NCBI RefSeq assembly: GCF_001194135.2
Contig: NC_068988.1
Coordinates: 93,040,006 to 93,086,699, forward strand
Direction: 5' to 3'
Origin: Octopus bimaculoides
Taxonomy: Eukaryota
Length of the DNA: 46,694 bases
The notes below the pieces were generated by a model, which was not told the DNA's origin, ran no database searches, and was given only the letters and a program-made list of their open reading frames with translations. Of this stretch, positions 12,406 through 24,946 are shown piece after piece (the stretch's first letter is position 1; the number at the start of each line of letters is the position of its first letter). The translations under genes were made by a program, and so were the position numbers.

Positions 12406-13254
12406 CCAGGAAATGATGATGATGATGATGTAACCAAAGGATGAGGGTTCCGTTCACCTCGGGAGCGACACCTTTATGGGGTCTTATTTTGGTGTTTGCT
12501 GTGTAAGTCTGTATAGGGAACCTAGGGGTCAGAAAACACAAGGGCTGCCCCCAAGCGGCGCATACTCTAACTACACCAATGCAATAAGCTACATGAAATG
12601 AAATAATCTCCAGCCAGGAATTGAAACCGTGTCGTGGAGCGAACAGGCTGAGATTTCATTGATATAAGTTTCTTACAGAACAGTGACATTCGTGGTGGGA
12701 ATGTTTCTCGCGTTTTCTCAAGGACGCCAACGTGAGAATGAAGGGGAAAATTTTTGATAACTGATTTGAAACCGGGTCACACAGCTTATCACTGCATTGC
12801 ATGTACAATGTTATTACCTTTTGATAGTAAAACAAAACAAAGGCATTTCATTGCCGATACGTGTTGGCTGGTGATTGGTTAATGATTGCTGTAATTATAT
12901 AATCCCGTGACGAGAAAAATATGTAACCGGGCCAGTGTGTGTATGTGTATGAGCGTGCGTGTGTGTAAGGGAGTGGTGGTGGAGAGAGCGTGTGAGTGAG
13001 ACTCTGTGTGTGTGTGTGTGTGACTGTGTGTGTGTGTGACTGTGTGTGTGACTGTGTGTGTGTGTGTGCTAGTGTTTCGGTAGTTTTAATGCAGGCAATA
13101 AGTCTCTCTGCTGCAACTACTGCGACTGCTGGTGCCGCTGCGGCTTCTTTTATAACAGGTTATTGTTATACTGCTGCTAATGCTGCTGTTATTGTTGCTG
13201 CATTTGTTGTGGCTGCTGCTGCGGTTGTTGTTGTTGTTTTCTGATCTTAAGATT

Positions 13255-13661
13255 GACGCCAAGAATTTTAGCAGGAAGGGGCCAGTCGATTACCTTGACC
13301 CCACCCCCGCCGCCTAGGACCTATCACACACGATATTTTACTGATCCCCGGAGTTCACCTCAGCAGGATTTGTTCCGAGTTCAAATCCCGCCAAGTTCAA
13401 CTCGACCTTTAATCCTTCCGAGTACGATAACATCGAGTACCAGTCATATACGCGGATCAAGGTAATCGACTTATTCCCTCCCAATAACGCAGTTGGCCTT
13501 GTGCCAAAATTTGAAATAATTATGATAATGAGCAGGCAGAATTGTTAGCGCGTCGGACAAAATGCTAAACGGCAGTTCTTCTGGCTCTTTAGGTTCTGAG
13601 TTCAAATGCCACTGAGATCAAATTCACCTTTCAGCTTTTCGGGGTCGATAAAGTAAAGTAC

Positions 13662-13706
<45 letters not shown>

Positions 13707-13740
13707 TACTACTACTACTACTACTACTACNNNNNNNNNN

Positions 13741-13774
<34 letters not shown>

Positions 13775-14187
13775 TACTACTACTACTACTACTACTACTA
13801 AAGGCGGCGAGCTGGCAGTATCGTTAGCGCGCCGGACGAAATGCCGAGGTTGACTTTGCCTTTCATCCTTTCGGGGTCGATAAATTAAGTACCAGTTACG
13901 CACTGGGGTCGATGTAATCGACTCAATCCCTTTGTCTGTCCTTGTTTGTCCCCTCAATGTTTAGCCCCTTGTGGGCAATAAAAGAAATAAGAACCGTTAG
14001 CACGCCGGGCGAAATGCTTAGCGGTAATTCGCCCGTCGCTACGTTCTGAGTTCAAATCCCGCCGAGATCGACTTTGCCTTCCATGCCTTCGTGGTTGATA
14101 AAACGAGTACCAGCCACGCACTGGGGTCGATGTAATCGACTTACTTTCTCCTCCGAAATTGCAGGCCCTGTGCCAAAATTTGAAGAC
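13255..14187. mobile_element. Cluster of five SINE A pieces (one minus, four plus) around a (TTA)n/(CTA)n array
   Basis: Minus-strand 3' end 13255-13350; plus-strand pieces 13368-13520, 13530-13663, 13801-13990 and 13991-14187. Confidence 0.8.
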
Positions 14188-14423
14188 ATTATTATTTAGT
14201 AGTGACGATCATGTTGATGATCATTATGATGATGGTGGTGGTGGTGTTTGTAGTGGTGGTGGTTGTAAAAGCAACGATCTTTTTTGACGCTGTTGTTGGT
14301 GATGACGACAAGACACCGACGATGTCTAGCAATTAATAACTTTGTTTTAATGCGCACAGAATGTTGATGGCATTTTAACAGCATCAAACAATGTTGGCAT
14401 CCTTGTCAGTGGACATGATTGTG

Positions 14424-14454
<31 letters not shown>

Positions 14455-15269
14455 GTTACAAAACATTATAGGATCGAGTATGACGAGACGATGTGGTACA
14501 GGAACTGGATATACCAAGAATAGGACGCAATGTTATCGAAGCTTAAAAATCGGAATACATTTAGAGTAGCCAGAACTATTGTGTCCACTATAATGAAGGC
14601 GACACTCCAGCCATGACCTTAGCCTTGATGGCTAGATTAAGAGTTAAAGATCTAATCCAGTATAATAAGTGAAGTTGTTGCTGCTGTCGCCGTTGCTGCT
14701 CCTGCTGTTGTTTTTGTTGTTGTTGCTTAAGCTCAGGTCAAAGTTATTATCTAAGTTATTTCAACTAGAACCACTTCGTTTTGTTTTTNNNNNNNNNNAT
14801 TTATCGAAATATGAAATCATGTTTGGGCAATCTTTTAAAGGTCGCCGGATTGAACGTTCAACAAAACATTTAACTGCGCTCATAAAAAAAAAAAATAGCA
14901 AGCAACAAAGGAGATCCCTGGTAGTTTATCATCAGTTTAAATATCACCCGAGGACACTGTTCTATGAAAGCATGCTCTAACGAACAAACACTCTATATGT
15001 TCATTGAGAGATGCAGCATATTTGTATGGCTGTAATATCTTAAATTGTAGGCAATCTCGAACACCATCCGATCTCAGAATATTCCATCAATCGCACGCAT
15101 AAAGGAATTCCACGTGTGCTTCGAGAAAAGTCCAGTTTCATCGACATTGTGTACGTGTTCTGTGTATAGTTTAATTTCACGGTCTATCATTTTGGTATTC
15201 GACGTATTTGTCCAAAGTCGTCTTTAGCTTATCTGTCAGATTACTTTTATTAGTCCTGGAAACGTGAAT

Positions 15270-15780
15270 ATCAGATCCTCCAGTGGGATAAGCATATCTT
15301 CATGGAAGGTGGACATTTTCAGCATTTTCCTTTCTTTATCTGCGGGTTTATTCTTTTCTCCATCTTTGCCTTCAATTTCTTTCCTTATTGTCTCCAGAGG
15401 TTTACCACTTTTTGCTAACTTTGTGCTGAAAGGAGGACGGGACCACTCGGCTTTTCGATTGTCTTCCTTCGTGAACCTTTTTGGTGCTGGTAATACTGAG
15501 GTTGAGTCATTTCATATTGTTCCAATTTCCGCTCTATTTAACCTCAGAGCTTCGATCAGGTGAAAGCAGGAGTAACAGTAACATTAAGCATGGTCTTCGC
15601 TTCAGGAACCTACTATCCATCCTCTTTCTTTTGCTTTTCTACCTCTTGGCCTTCAGATGGTCTTTACAAACACAAGTGTCACACAAGGACTTCTGCCCTG
15701 CATCTCAAGTCTGACTGACCTCCTCTCTGTCCTCACACAGCTATGTAACTCCAGGATAGTTTTGTAGTCTTCAGAGGTTA
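15270..15780 (-). mobile_element. Possible decayed Tx1/L1-type LINE ORF1 with zinc knuckle
   Basis: Minus frame DAGQKSLCDTCVCKDHLKAKR is CX2CX4HX4C with the last Cys lost, followed by a charged low-complexity tract. Contains stops. Confidence 0.35.
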
Positions 15781-15858
15781 TTAGTACTTGACTATCCGTT
15801 AATATCCCATACGATTACATCTTGTGAATTGTCTCCGCGTTCAATCCTTAGTCATATT

Positions 15859-16072
15859 CTTTTCTACTCTAGCCACAAGGCCCGAAATTTTTGGGGAGGA
15901 GGCCAGTCGATTAGATCGACCCCAATACGCAACTGGTACCTAATTTATCGACCCCGAAAGGATAAAAGGCAAAGTCGATCTCGGCGGAATTTGAACTCAG
16001 AACGTAAAGACAGACGAAATACCGTTAAGCATTTCGCCCGGCGTGCTAACGTTTCTGCCAGCTCGCCGCCTT
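15859..16072 (-). mobile_element. SINE group A, full length, with target-site duplication
   Basis: Complete reverse copy flanked by aatccttagtcatatt (15843-15858) and aacccctagtcatatt (16073-16088). Confidence 0.95.
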
Positions 16073-16407
16073 AACCCCTAGTCATATTGTGCTACAACAG
16101 TAACAATGAACCAAAGGCCTACGTCAATACTAATATCTGTGCTAATGTCACGTTTACTTATCCTGGCTTTATATTGCAAAATTTTAATATTTTCACGCTT
16201 CCATATACCCTACTGTATGGAAACATTCTTTTTCTTTTTTTCATTGACGAATTTCACACAACTTCGTCGAGCAAGGAGGCAGATTCCAATTTCCTTTATA
16301 TTCCTCTTGATGCCTTTTGATACTGTTCTCAAGGGCCCAACAATAATTGACACTATCTTCATTTTCCATAGCCGGGCTATTTCGTACTTAAGAGGCTTCT
16401 TCTTCTT

Positions 16408-16485
<78 letters not shown>

Positions 16486-16489
16486 TCAA

Positions 16490-16860
16490 ATTGTGGCCCA
16501 AGGTCAACAGATTTAGCGGAAGTGGGTTAGCAGTTTGCAGCTACCCCAGTATTTGATGGTACTCTATTTTATCGACCCCGAAAAGATAAAATAAAAAAGT
16601 TGATCTTTGTAGGATTTGAAGTCAGAACAGAAACTTCTGAAACAAATACCATACACCATCTTTTCGACGTTCGAACGGTTCTGCCCCCACAATTATAGGC
16701 GCAAAACCACACTTTTTGGAGAAAAATTGTAGTTCATAAAATCGACTCAGTTATGAAAGGCAAAGCCGGTTCAGGTCGGATTCGAACTCAAACAGTAAAG
16801 GTTCACAACAAAATAACTCAGTGCATTTTAGCTAAAACTCTAACGATTCTACCAATCCCC
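16490..16860 (-). mobile_element. Two old SINE A copies in tandem
   Basis: ttttatcgaccccgaaaag...ggatttgaagtcagaac and gaaaggcaaagcc...ggattcgaactcaaacagtaaag. Confidence 0.6.
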
Positions 16861-17430
16861 TGTAAGTTGTATAAACAAGAATGGCAACAACAATAATCAA
16901 GTAATAATGCCATATATTTTATATCTATTATTAAATTTTGCAAGTCATTCTACCTGAGATTTACTTACAGGGTAAATGAGACGGCAGTTGGCACGTCTTT
17001 CCTTTGACTGTCGTTTGAGGTACATTGATATGATACAATTCAATTCAAATTACTTTTATTACTATTATATATAATTACAGGTGAAAGTGAGGTATTCACT
17101 GATACTAAAACTCATGACGATACAGCATGATTGGAGAAAAAATAACAAAAGTATTTTGTTGTTTGACAGGAAACGAGTTTTCCGCTTCATGCGAATTGTT
17201 AATGGCAGTTTAGAGAAATGGCAAAAGATATTAGAATTTCAATGTTATAATCACCTCCAGATGTCTGCCACTTTGAACAAACGCCGTAACTCTAGCGTGA
17301 AGGAGAAGCCTTGTTCTATCCGGCATTAAGCCACTTCTTAGACATGGATGGGTGTGTTCAACCGTGTGCAAGACATTGGGGAAAAGCAACGGTGTGGATA
17401 ATGTGATTATAGGGAGATTTAGGTTGTACG

Positions 17431-17486
<56 letters not shown>

Positions 17487-17784
17487 GAGGGAGAGAGAGA
17501 GAGGGACAGAGAGTGACAGAGACAGACAGACAGACAGGGAAACAGTGTAAGAAAAACCATGTTCAGGTGGAGCGCTAAAACAATGTATACTACAAACACT
17601 ACACAAAATTTACACTTTATATGTATATAATTATGTACATGTGTACATACTTATATACATGTGTACATACATACATACGATGGGGTGTTGAAAAATTCCA
17701 GGCTTTGAGTAAGAGAAACTACAAACACAAATACATAAAAAAAAGTGTGCACAGGCTGTGATTACCTGTACTGCGGCAAATGAC

Positions 17785-17955
17785 AAATAGTGCATTGAGA
17801 ACCCAGGTTCGAATTTTCCCCAAGACACCTGACGAAGGCTGGAAGGTCTATCAGCCGAAACGTTGTGTTAACAACAAACAAGATGAGGATAAATATCTGT
17901 CAAATATAAATAATGTAAATAATGTACATAATTCCTCATCTCTTAAATATAGAAT
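17785..17955 (+). mobile_element. Short repeat carrying a PLE-type hammerhead (PLE terminal repeat or non-autonomous derivative)
   Basis: Non-coding segment containing the motif at 17824-17869, followed by an AT-rich tail. Boundaries are approximate. Confidence 0.55.
17824..17869 (+). ncRNA. Minimal type I hammerhead ribozyme (best copy)
   Basis: Stem I GACAC/GTGTT, core CTGACGA 17829-17835 plus A, stem II GGCTG/CAGCC, GAAA 17857-17860, palindromic ACGT, GUU site. Confidence 0.75.
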
Positions 17956-18177
17956 CGTGTATTGCTTATATTATTTTCAGGGAGAGTACGCACCATGTAC
18001 GCTATTCTTGAAAAATATGATTACATGTAATCAAATATGCATAATATGGTCTAAAGAATATTCGCCTTCTTTTCTTAACACTTTGAGCGACGGCTTTGTG
18101 AGTGCAATAGTTAATCCAGACACGTTTTTTTCTCTCCGTTATTTTCTGCTCTCTCCATCTGTTTTCTCTCCTCGTTC

Positions 18178-18213
18178 CTTTCAAAAGAAGAGCGTAAGAT
18201 CGAAACGTCAAAG
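18178..18213 (+). pseudogene. Decayed hammerhead motif
   Basis: Stem I CTTT/AAAG, stem II GAGC-GTAA-GATC and GAAACGTC are retained, but the core reads CAAAAGA instead of CTGAAGA. Confidence 0.5.
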
Positions 18214-18244
18214 ACTCTTCCACTTCTCTTAAGCGTCAAGTGGT

Positions 18245-18380
18245 AATTATTTTATCAACACCGGAAAGATGAAAGGCATAGTCGACCTCGGTGGAATTTG
18301 AACTCAGATTGTAAAGACAGACGAAATTCCGCAAAGTGTTTTTCCACGTGCAAACGATCCTACCAGCTCGTCACTTTAGC
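18245..18380 (-). mobile_element. SINE group A, partial
   Basis: gatgaaaggcatagtcgacctcggtggaatttgaactcag...ccagctcgtc. Confidence 0.8.
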
Positions 18381-18454
18381 ACTTGCAAAATAATGGCAAT
18401 AGTATCATAATATTAACTCTACCAATTTTATCTTCCTGTTATGTGTATTAACAT

Positions 18455-18615
18455 AGGTGCAGGTGTGGCTGTGTGGCAAGAAGCCTGCTTCCCAATCACA
18501 TGGTTCCGGGTTCAGTCCCACTGCATGGCACGTTGAGAAATTGTCTTCTACTATAGGCCCAGGCCTACCAAGTTTTATCAGTGGACTTGGTAACCGGGTA
18601 CTGAAAGATGCCCGT

Positions 18616-18654
<39 letters not shown>

Positions 18655-18724
18655 GTGTGTGTGTGTGTGTATGTGTGTGTGTGCCTTTGCACCTGTGTTT
18701 GTCCCCATCACCGCTTGACAGCCG

Positions 18725-18726
<2 letters not shown>
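18455..18726 (+). mobile_element. SINE group B, 3'-truncated
   Basis: aggtgcaggtgtggctgtgtggcaagaag...internal (TA)n(GT)n...ccgcttgacagccgg. Confidence 0.85.
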
Positions 18727-18780
<54 letters not shown>

Positions 18781-19108
18781 ATATGTATGCATGTATTTAT
18801 ATGTATGTTTATGTGTGTGTGTATGTGTGTGTATATAATTGTTAAACAGGACGTCAAACATTAAGGCAAGGCAAACATTACATGTCATATACGATATATA
18901 TGACATGAAATGTTTGCCTTCTTTTAATGGTTGATGTCCTGTTTAACAATTATACATCTGCTGCATCGGAAATCTGCAATGGTTCCATAACTACCGTCTC
19001 GGCTATAACCTTGGAGCCCCAGTAATCCGTTACAGCACTTACCTAGCGTACCTAATCGTTTAGATCACCTGTGAACTAAACCCCCATACTTTGTATATAT
19101 ATATATAT

Positions 19109-19146
<38 letters not shown>

Positions 19147-19344
19147 TGGGAAAAATGTGGAGAGAAGGGATAGGAGTGTGAGAAGGAGGCGGGGAGGGAT
19201 GCAATGACTTTGCGAAATTTATTTCATCTGAAATCCAGCAAGAAAACTATAAATAGAATCAGTGGGAAATTAAGCAATTCACCTCTCATTATTAGATTTC
19301 TCTATTTCTTCACCTATTATGGTTTTTGGCAAGTTGTAATTGAA

Positions 19345-19380
<36 letters not shown>

Positions 19381-19624
19381 AAATAGTAAATGAGTATATG
19401 CATATATACGTACAGGTATGTGCATACCGACATCCACCTGTATGTATAGGTGCATATCTGGGTACAGGACATTGCAAACAAAACGTAGACGAGAAAACAC
19501 ACAAGCCACATAGAGAACATTCTACTTCATCAGCTACCCCCGTTTTAACACCGGCGTTTCGAAGAGCTGGGCAGGACGCATCGCTAAAACGGCTCTTCCC
19601 ATGGACCGCAAATTTTAGAGCGTG

Positions 19625-20008
19625 TAAAATTCCTGAGATCCATGGTGAGTTCTCTCCAGCGGTTTTTGTCCCTCATCATTGATGCCATGTCCTGTGTCTT
19701 CCAGAGACAAATGTCTGTCCTTAGGCCATCAGCATATGTCATATTCGGTCTCCCTTTTCTCCTGTGTCTGTGTAGGGGCTGTCACGGGAGCACTGAGTGC
19801 ACTACAAACTCTTAATGACGATCAGCATGTCCAGCTGACCCCAGTCACCTCTGTGTTATTTTCGAGCTAACATTTGGAAGGTTCCCGAACTGCTCTGAGT
19901 TCTTCATCCTCAGCGTATACTGATTAACATTCAGAGACATCTTCAGCATTCTCGTGTAGCACCCATCTACCATGTGGGTGAGTTTCTTGGTCAATATCCA
20001 AGTCTCAG
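19625..20008 (-). mobile_element. RTE-clade LINE, decayed C-terminal fragment
   Basis: Minus translation ETWILTKKLTHMVDGCYTRMLKMSLNV...SSKITQR*LGSAGHADRH...RRKGRPNMTYADGLRTD...MRDKNRWRE, with in-frame stops. Not shown in the ORF track. Confidence 0.85.
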
Positions 20009-20010
20009 AC

Positions 20011-20098
20011 ACCGGAATTTGAACTCAGAACGTAGCGGCAGACGAAATACCGCTAAGCATTTCGCCCGGCGTGCTAACGATTCTGCCAGCACGCCGCT
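20011..20098 (-). mobile_element. SINE group A, 5' tRNA-like part
   Basis: ggaatttgaactcagaacgtagcggcagacgaaataccgctaagcatttcgcccggcgtgctaacg. Confidence 0.9.
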
Positions 20099-20116
20099 TT
20101 AATATATATATATATA

Positions 20117-20147
<31 letters not shown>

Positions 20148-20327
20148 NNNNNNNNNNNNNNNNNNNNNNNNNNNNNNNNNNNNNNNNNNNNNNNNNNNNN
20201 NNNNNNNNNNNNNNNNNNNNNNNNNNNNNNNNNNNNNNNNNNNNNNNNNNNNNNNNNNNNNNNNNNNNNNNNNNNNNNNNNNNNNNNNNNNNNNNNNNNN
20301 NNNNNNNNNNNNNNNNNNNNNNNNNNN

Positions 20328-20359
<32 letters not shown>

Positions 20360-20819
20360 ATATATGTATATATATATATATAGATATATAGGTGTGTATG
20401 TGTGTATGTATGTATGTATTAAGAGCCGCTGGTGAGAATTAAGGTGGTCTACACCAAAATTCGAAATCGCGATACGCCTACATGCGCTAGGGACTTACTC
20501 CATTTTGTCAGTCATTAAGTAAAGTATAGTGCTATAGTGGCTTTGGAGTTAATTTAACTCTTATTTTAGCATAAGCGATGATAGCCAGCACCCTCCGTCA
20601 CGTTTGTGACCTCTATTAATATACATGTATATATATATTTATATTCATTTATACACACTCCCCAACACATATATAGACGCAAGTATATTGATTTATGTGT
20701 AGGTATGTATATGTACGTTTACACTCAAACTTATGAAGACAGAGAAAAAGAAAAGACAACAAAAGACAACAAAAGAAAGGGAGGTGTTTTTTACTTAACG
20801 AATGAGTAAGAAAGGCAGA

Positions 20820-21040
20820 GATAAAATGACTTTGCAAAATATCGATTACATCTCGCATTTAAAGAGCATGATGCAAAAACTAAATTTAACATTCGGTGGA
20901 AAATCCTAGAGAGAAATGCATTGTAGATTAATGAACCTAAAATGTGCAACTCATGTACACTTGAAAACATGATAAAAATTCGGTAAATCTATAAACCATG
21001 ATCGCTGAAGTTTTTCGAAATGCCGCTACTGTTTCACGTC
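20820..21040 (+). mobile_element. Decayed Penelope-like endonuclease C-terminus
   Basis: TL..IDYISHLK, a frameshift, then KFNIRWKILERNAL*INEPKMCNSCTLEN, matching the PLE T.LS.YI..LK...I.WKIL...C.LC..EK pattern. Confidence 0.55.
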
Positions 21041-22024
21041 CATTGCTAAGTTAATTCGAGCCAAGTTCCTTCCCTTAAATCCTAATAGCACCTTTGCCGT
21101 CTACAACAGCTATATAGTGTCTTATGCCGGAAATATGCATAAATTCTGACCACGTGACCTGCCACAGATGATGAAAACAAAGCTTCCCAACGACCAATGA
21201 GGATCTTCCTTCCATGTTGCATGACGCACATTTGATTAGATTTGTGTCTGTGAAACCCCGAGTAATGGACGCTTGAGGCGACAACTTTGCATCTGTATGT
21301 GTATGCTTACATACATACACATGCACACACGCAAACACACACGCACGCACACACACACTCACAGTGTGATATATAAAACCCATGGCGTGCCACCTCTGAA
21401 CGTTATATCCTTCATTTCTTTAAAAATAAATCACAAACATTAAGTTATGAGTTTGAGAGAGATTTGACAATTAGATCCAACAAAGAGACTGCATCATCAG
21501 TGGGAGTATAGTTTAGTGACAGAGTGTACGATTGAAGTAAGAATTAAGTTTTGTTTTCATAGCGTTTATGCCTTTGTTTCCTTCAGTTTAACAGCCTATA
21601 TTTCTGGACAAAATATACGTGAGGTTGCACCTTTCTTTGGATCAAGTTAACAACGTCCAGAGGGTTAAATCTTCACAAAAATGCAACAGAAGATCTTCAA
21701 AGGTTAGCATCTTAGACAAGATAACTTCAAAGCATGTCATTTTAGATCACTGAAAATCATGAAAGCTCATCACTTCAGAAACTTATCATTTCAAACCGGC
21801 TGACCGACAGATCAATTAACAGGTATGATTAGACAAATCAGCAAAATATTTGCATTATAGTGAGAAATCTTTTATAATCAGATTGATTTCCCAACATGTG
21901 CCAGCTGAAGAACGTAGTGGTGGAAGAGGCCATCTAGGTACAATGTAATCAAATAACGATATTCTTCTCCACAAAGATCAGAAGTCAAGGTACTTTTACA
22001 CTTCATTTACTTTACACCTGTAAG

Positions 22025-22067
<43 letters not shown>

Positions 22068-22417
22068 TGTGTGTGTGTGTGTGTGACATAAACAGAATGA
22101 ATCGGTTCATTCTAACTTCTTGATATATGTGTGTGTGTGTGTATCTGCATAGTATGCCTTCATTTTTCTAGTTGGAAAAAGTCACGTACGCACATGCACC
22201 TGAATTCAAGCGATAAAAAAAACATCCAGTCTAACGTATTTGCATTTCGCATCAGAGGTGAGTCCGTTTGGTTGGATACCAATCGTTAGAATGGGAAGGG
22301 GTAGAGATGGTGGGTAGGGTTTCTTAGTACACTGACCCTCTACTAGCAACCCGAACTGATATTGAGAAATTAGAGTGCTCAACTGTAATATGATCAAGAT
22401 CTTAGTCCCAGTATTGC

Positions 22418-22430
22418 TAGTAGTAGTAGC

Positions 22431-22465
<35 letters not shown>

Positions 22466-22660
22466 GGTGAGGTGGTGGTGGTGCTGATGATTGTATTGGT
22501 AATGGTAGTGGCAGCGGCGGCGGCGGTAAAGGTGACAATGTTGATGGTAATGGTGGTGGTGGTGGTGGTGGTGGTGGTGCTGCTGCTGCTGCTGCTGCTG
22601 GTGTTGGTGGTGCTGGTGATGGTGATGCTGGTGATGGTGATGGTAGTAGCGGTGGCTGTA
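22418..22660. repeat. Compound (GTA)n/(GGT)n/(GCT)n trinucleotide tract
   Basis: Direct reading; it runs into an N-gap. Confidence 0.9.
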
Positions 22661-22900
22661 TNNNNNNNNNNNNNNNNNNNNNNNNNNNNNNNNNNNNNNN
22701 NNNNNNNNNNNNNNNNNNNNNNNNNNNNNNNNNNNNNNNNNNNNNNNNNNNNNNNNNNNNNNNNNNNNNNNNNNNNNNNNNNNNNNNNNNNNNNNNNNNN
22801 NNNNNNNNNNNNNNNNNNNNNNNNNNGAGAGAGAGAGAGAGAGAAAGAGAAAGAGAGAGCATTGGACTTAATTCGATCTAAGAACAATTTTCATGTTATG

Positions 22901-22948
<48 letters not shown>

Positions 22949-23127
22949 AAGCCCCAGGATGACACTTTTCAAACAGATTTATGGCGGACCATTTAGTAAT
23001 TTATTAAGGCACATTATGTCGAAGACTAGATTAGCCTTTTAATCTAAAGTTCAACCACCACACAGATGCTCCCTCACTGGTTTGTGCGTGCTTATGTGTA
23101 GCTCTATATGTGTGTGTTAGTCTCTGC

Positions 23128-23184
<57 letters not shown>

Positions 23185-23195
23185 AAAACGTGCCA

Positions 23196-23497
23196 AGGCG
23201 CGTGGCTTAGGGGTCAGGGTACTCGGCTTACGATGGTAAGGTCCTTGAACAAGACACTTAATTTCACTATCCTCCAGTCCACTCGTCTGGAAAAAACAAT
23301 GAGTTGTACCAGTAATTTAAGGAGCCAGCCTTGTCATATTCTGCGTCACGTTGAATCTCCTTCATAACTACGTTAAGAGTACATGCTTAAAGGTAAGCGT
23401 GTCTACGGAGTGCTCAGCCACCTGCACCTTAATTTCACGAGAAGGTTGTTCCGTTGATCGGTTCAACGGGGAAACCTCGTCGTCACAACCGACGGAG
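23196..23497 (+). mobile_element. SINE group D (C-like head, distinct long body), with internal deletion
   Basis: Shares ccttgaacaagacacttaattt and gccttgtca...ctacgttaag with the copy at 31272. Confidence 0.75.
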
Positions 23498-24484
23498 GGC
23501 CAGCGAGTGCAGAGTCTTCTGTGCAAGACAAACTGCATTCGATGGCAAGACTCTAGCTTGGGAATTTTTGGAAAATATAGATGTGCCTCTTAGTCCCCAC
23601 AATTCCTGGCTCTGCTCTGGCTCGGAGAAGTAGTGCTTGTCAAGGGCCTTAGTTAATGGTCAAATAACAGAAGCTGGACCTGTAGACTCGGAGAAAGCCT
23701 GGCCAAAAGACATGAATGTCTTAGGCTGAGCGGTGTGTGAGTCTAAGACGTCCTGATATCACGTAAGGGTTAAACAGATTCTGTACTTGAATGGCAAACT
23801 CGGGAGAGTGAGGGACCAACTGAATCAACGAAATAAACGGGCGGAAGTAAATGGGAGGCCATAGTTGTATATTTCCACGGAAATTCATGAATCTTCAGGT
23901 TTTTGGAATGAAGGTCCTTGATAACCGACATTTATAGACATGGCACTTGAAGAGAAGTAAAATGGAGCGGAGACATGTTGAGAGAGAGAAGTGCAGAGTG
24001 AGGGTTGGATGAGAAGTAGATAGGCGAGTTTAGTTCAAATGAAAATAGATATGTATAATATTGATATCTATGCCATAAATATTGCACTCGTTGATCTATT
24101 CGTGACGGTTAATGACAAGAAGTTATTATATACGTGGTCCTTCGATATCTTCCTTTAAGATTTATTGGAAGATATGATGACCACGAGAAAAAGAACAAGT
24201 TCTTTCTTAAATATCTTTTAACTTAGCAATGGCTGCTACTGTTGACAAACAGTCTATATATATAACGTACGAGGGCCGCCTGGTGGCCGTTTTACCAACA
24301 GAAATAGTAGCCAAATTTTATCAAATAACACTGCACTTGCTTTGAAGCTAGACTAGCACACCGGACAGGGTAAACCTATACACAAAGAAACACAGACGGG
24401 ATGGTCGAGGCTGGGATGCCTATATTCACAGGTTTGATTTATCATTGTTAACAATCTACAACTGTATTAGTTTTACACACACAC

Positions 24485-24571
<87 letters not shown>

Positions 24572-24946
24572 TGAGTAAACAGAATTTTTCTTTAGAATAT
24601 TTTATGGACGTTAAATATTCAACTATGTCGAACGAAGCTGGGCCGGCTCAATGTATATCATTCACATGATAAAGAAATCTTCTGAATAACGGTGTACCCT
24701 TTCAGATAGCAGAAATGCCTATTTATAAATTATAAAGATTATCATAGACGAAAAACTATCAATAAAATAAAGTAAGTAACGAGTGTTTCTAAAATGTAAA
24801 AGGGAATCACATTGGAGAATTTCTCTATCTTGTCAATGGTTCGAGTTAAAAGAATTTAATGCCCATAAAATGTTCTGAAGAATATTTCTGTTCATTATGT
24901 TACCATACAGCTATGTCTGTACATCTACATGTATAATTATATGTGT

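Noticed and set aside
17081-17329. 82-aa ORF after an AG
   Set aside because: No recognisable motif, no good donor, and AT-rich composition compatible with chance.
22206-22996. Pro/Thr/Val-rich mucin-like ORFs
   Set aside because: Translations of compound trinucleotide repeats spanning a gap.
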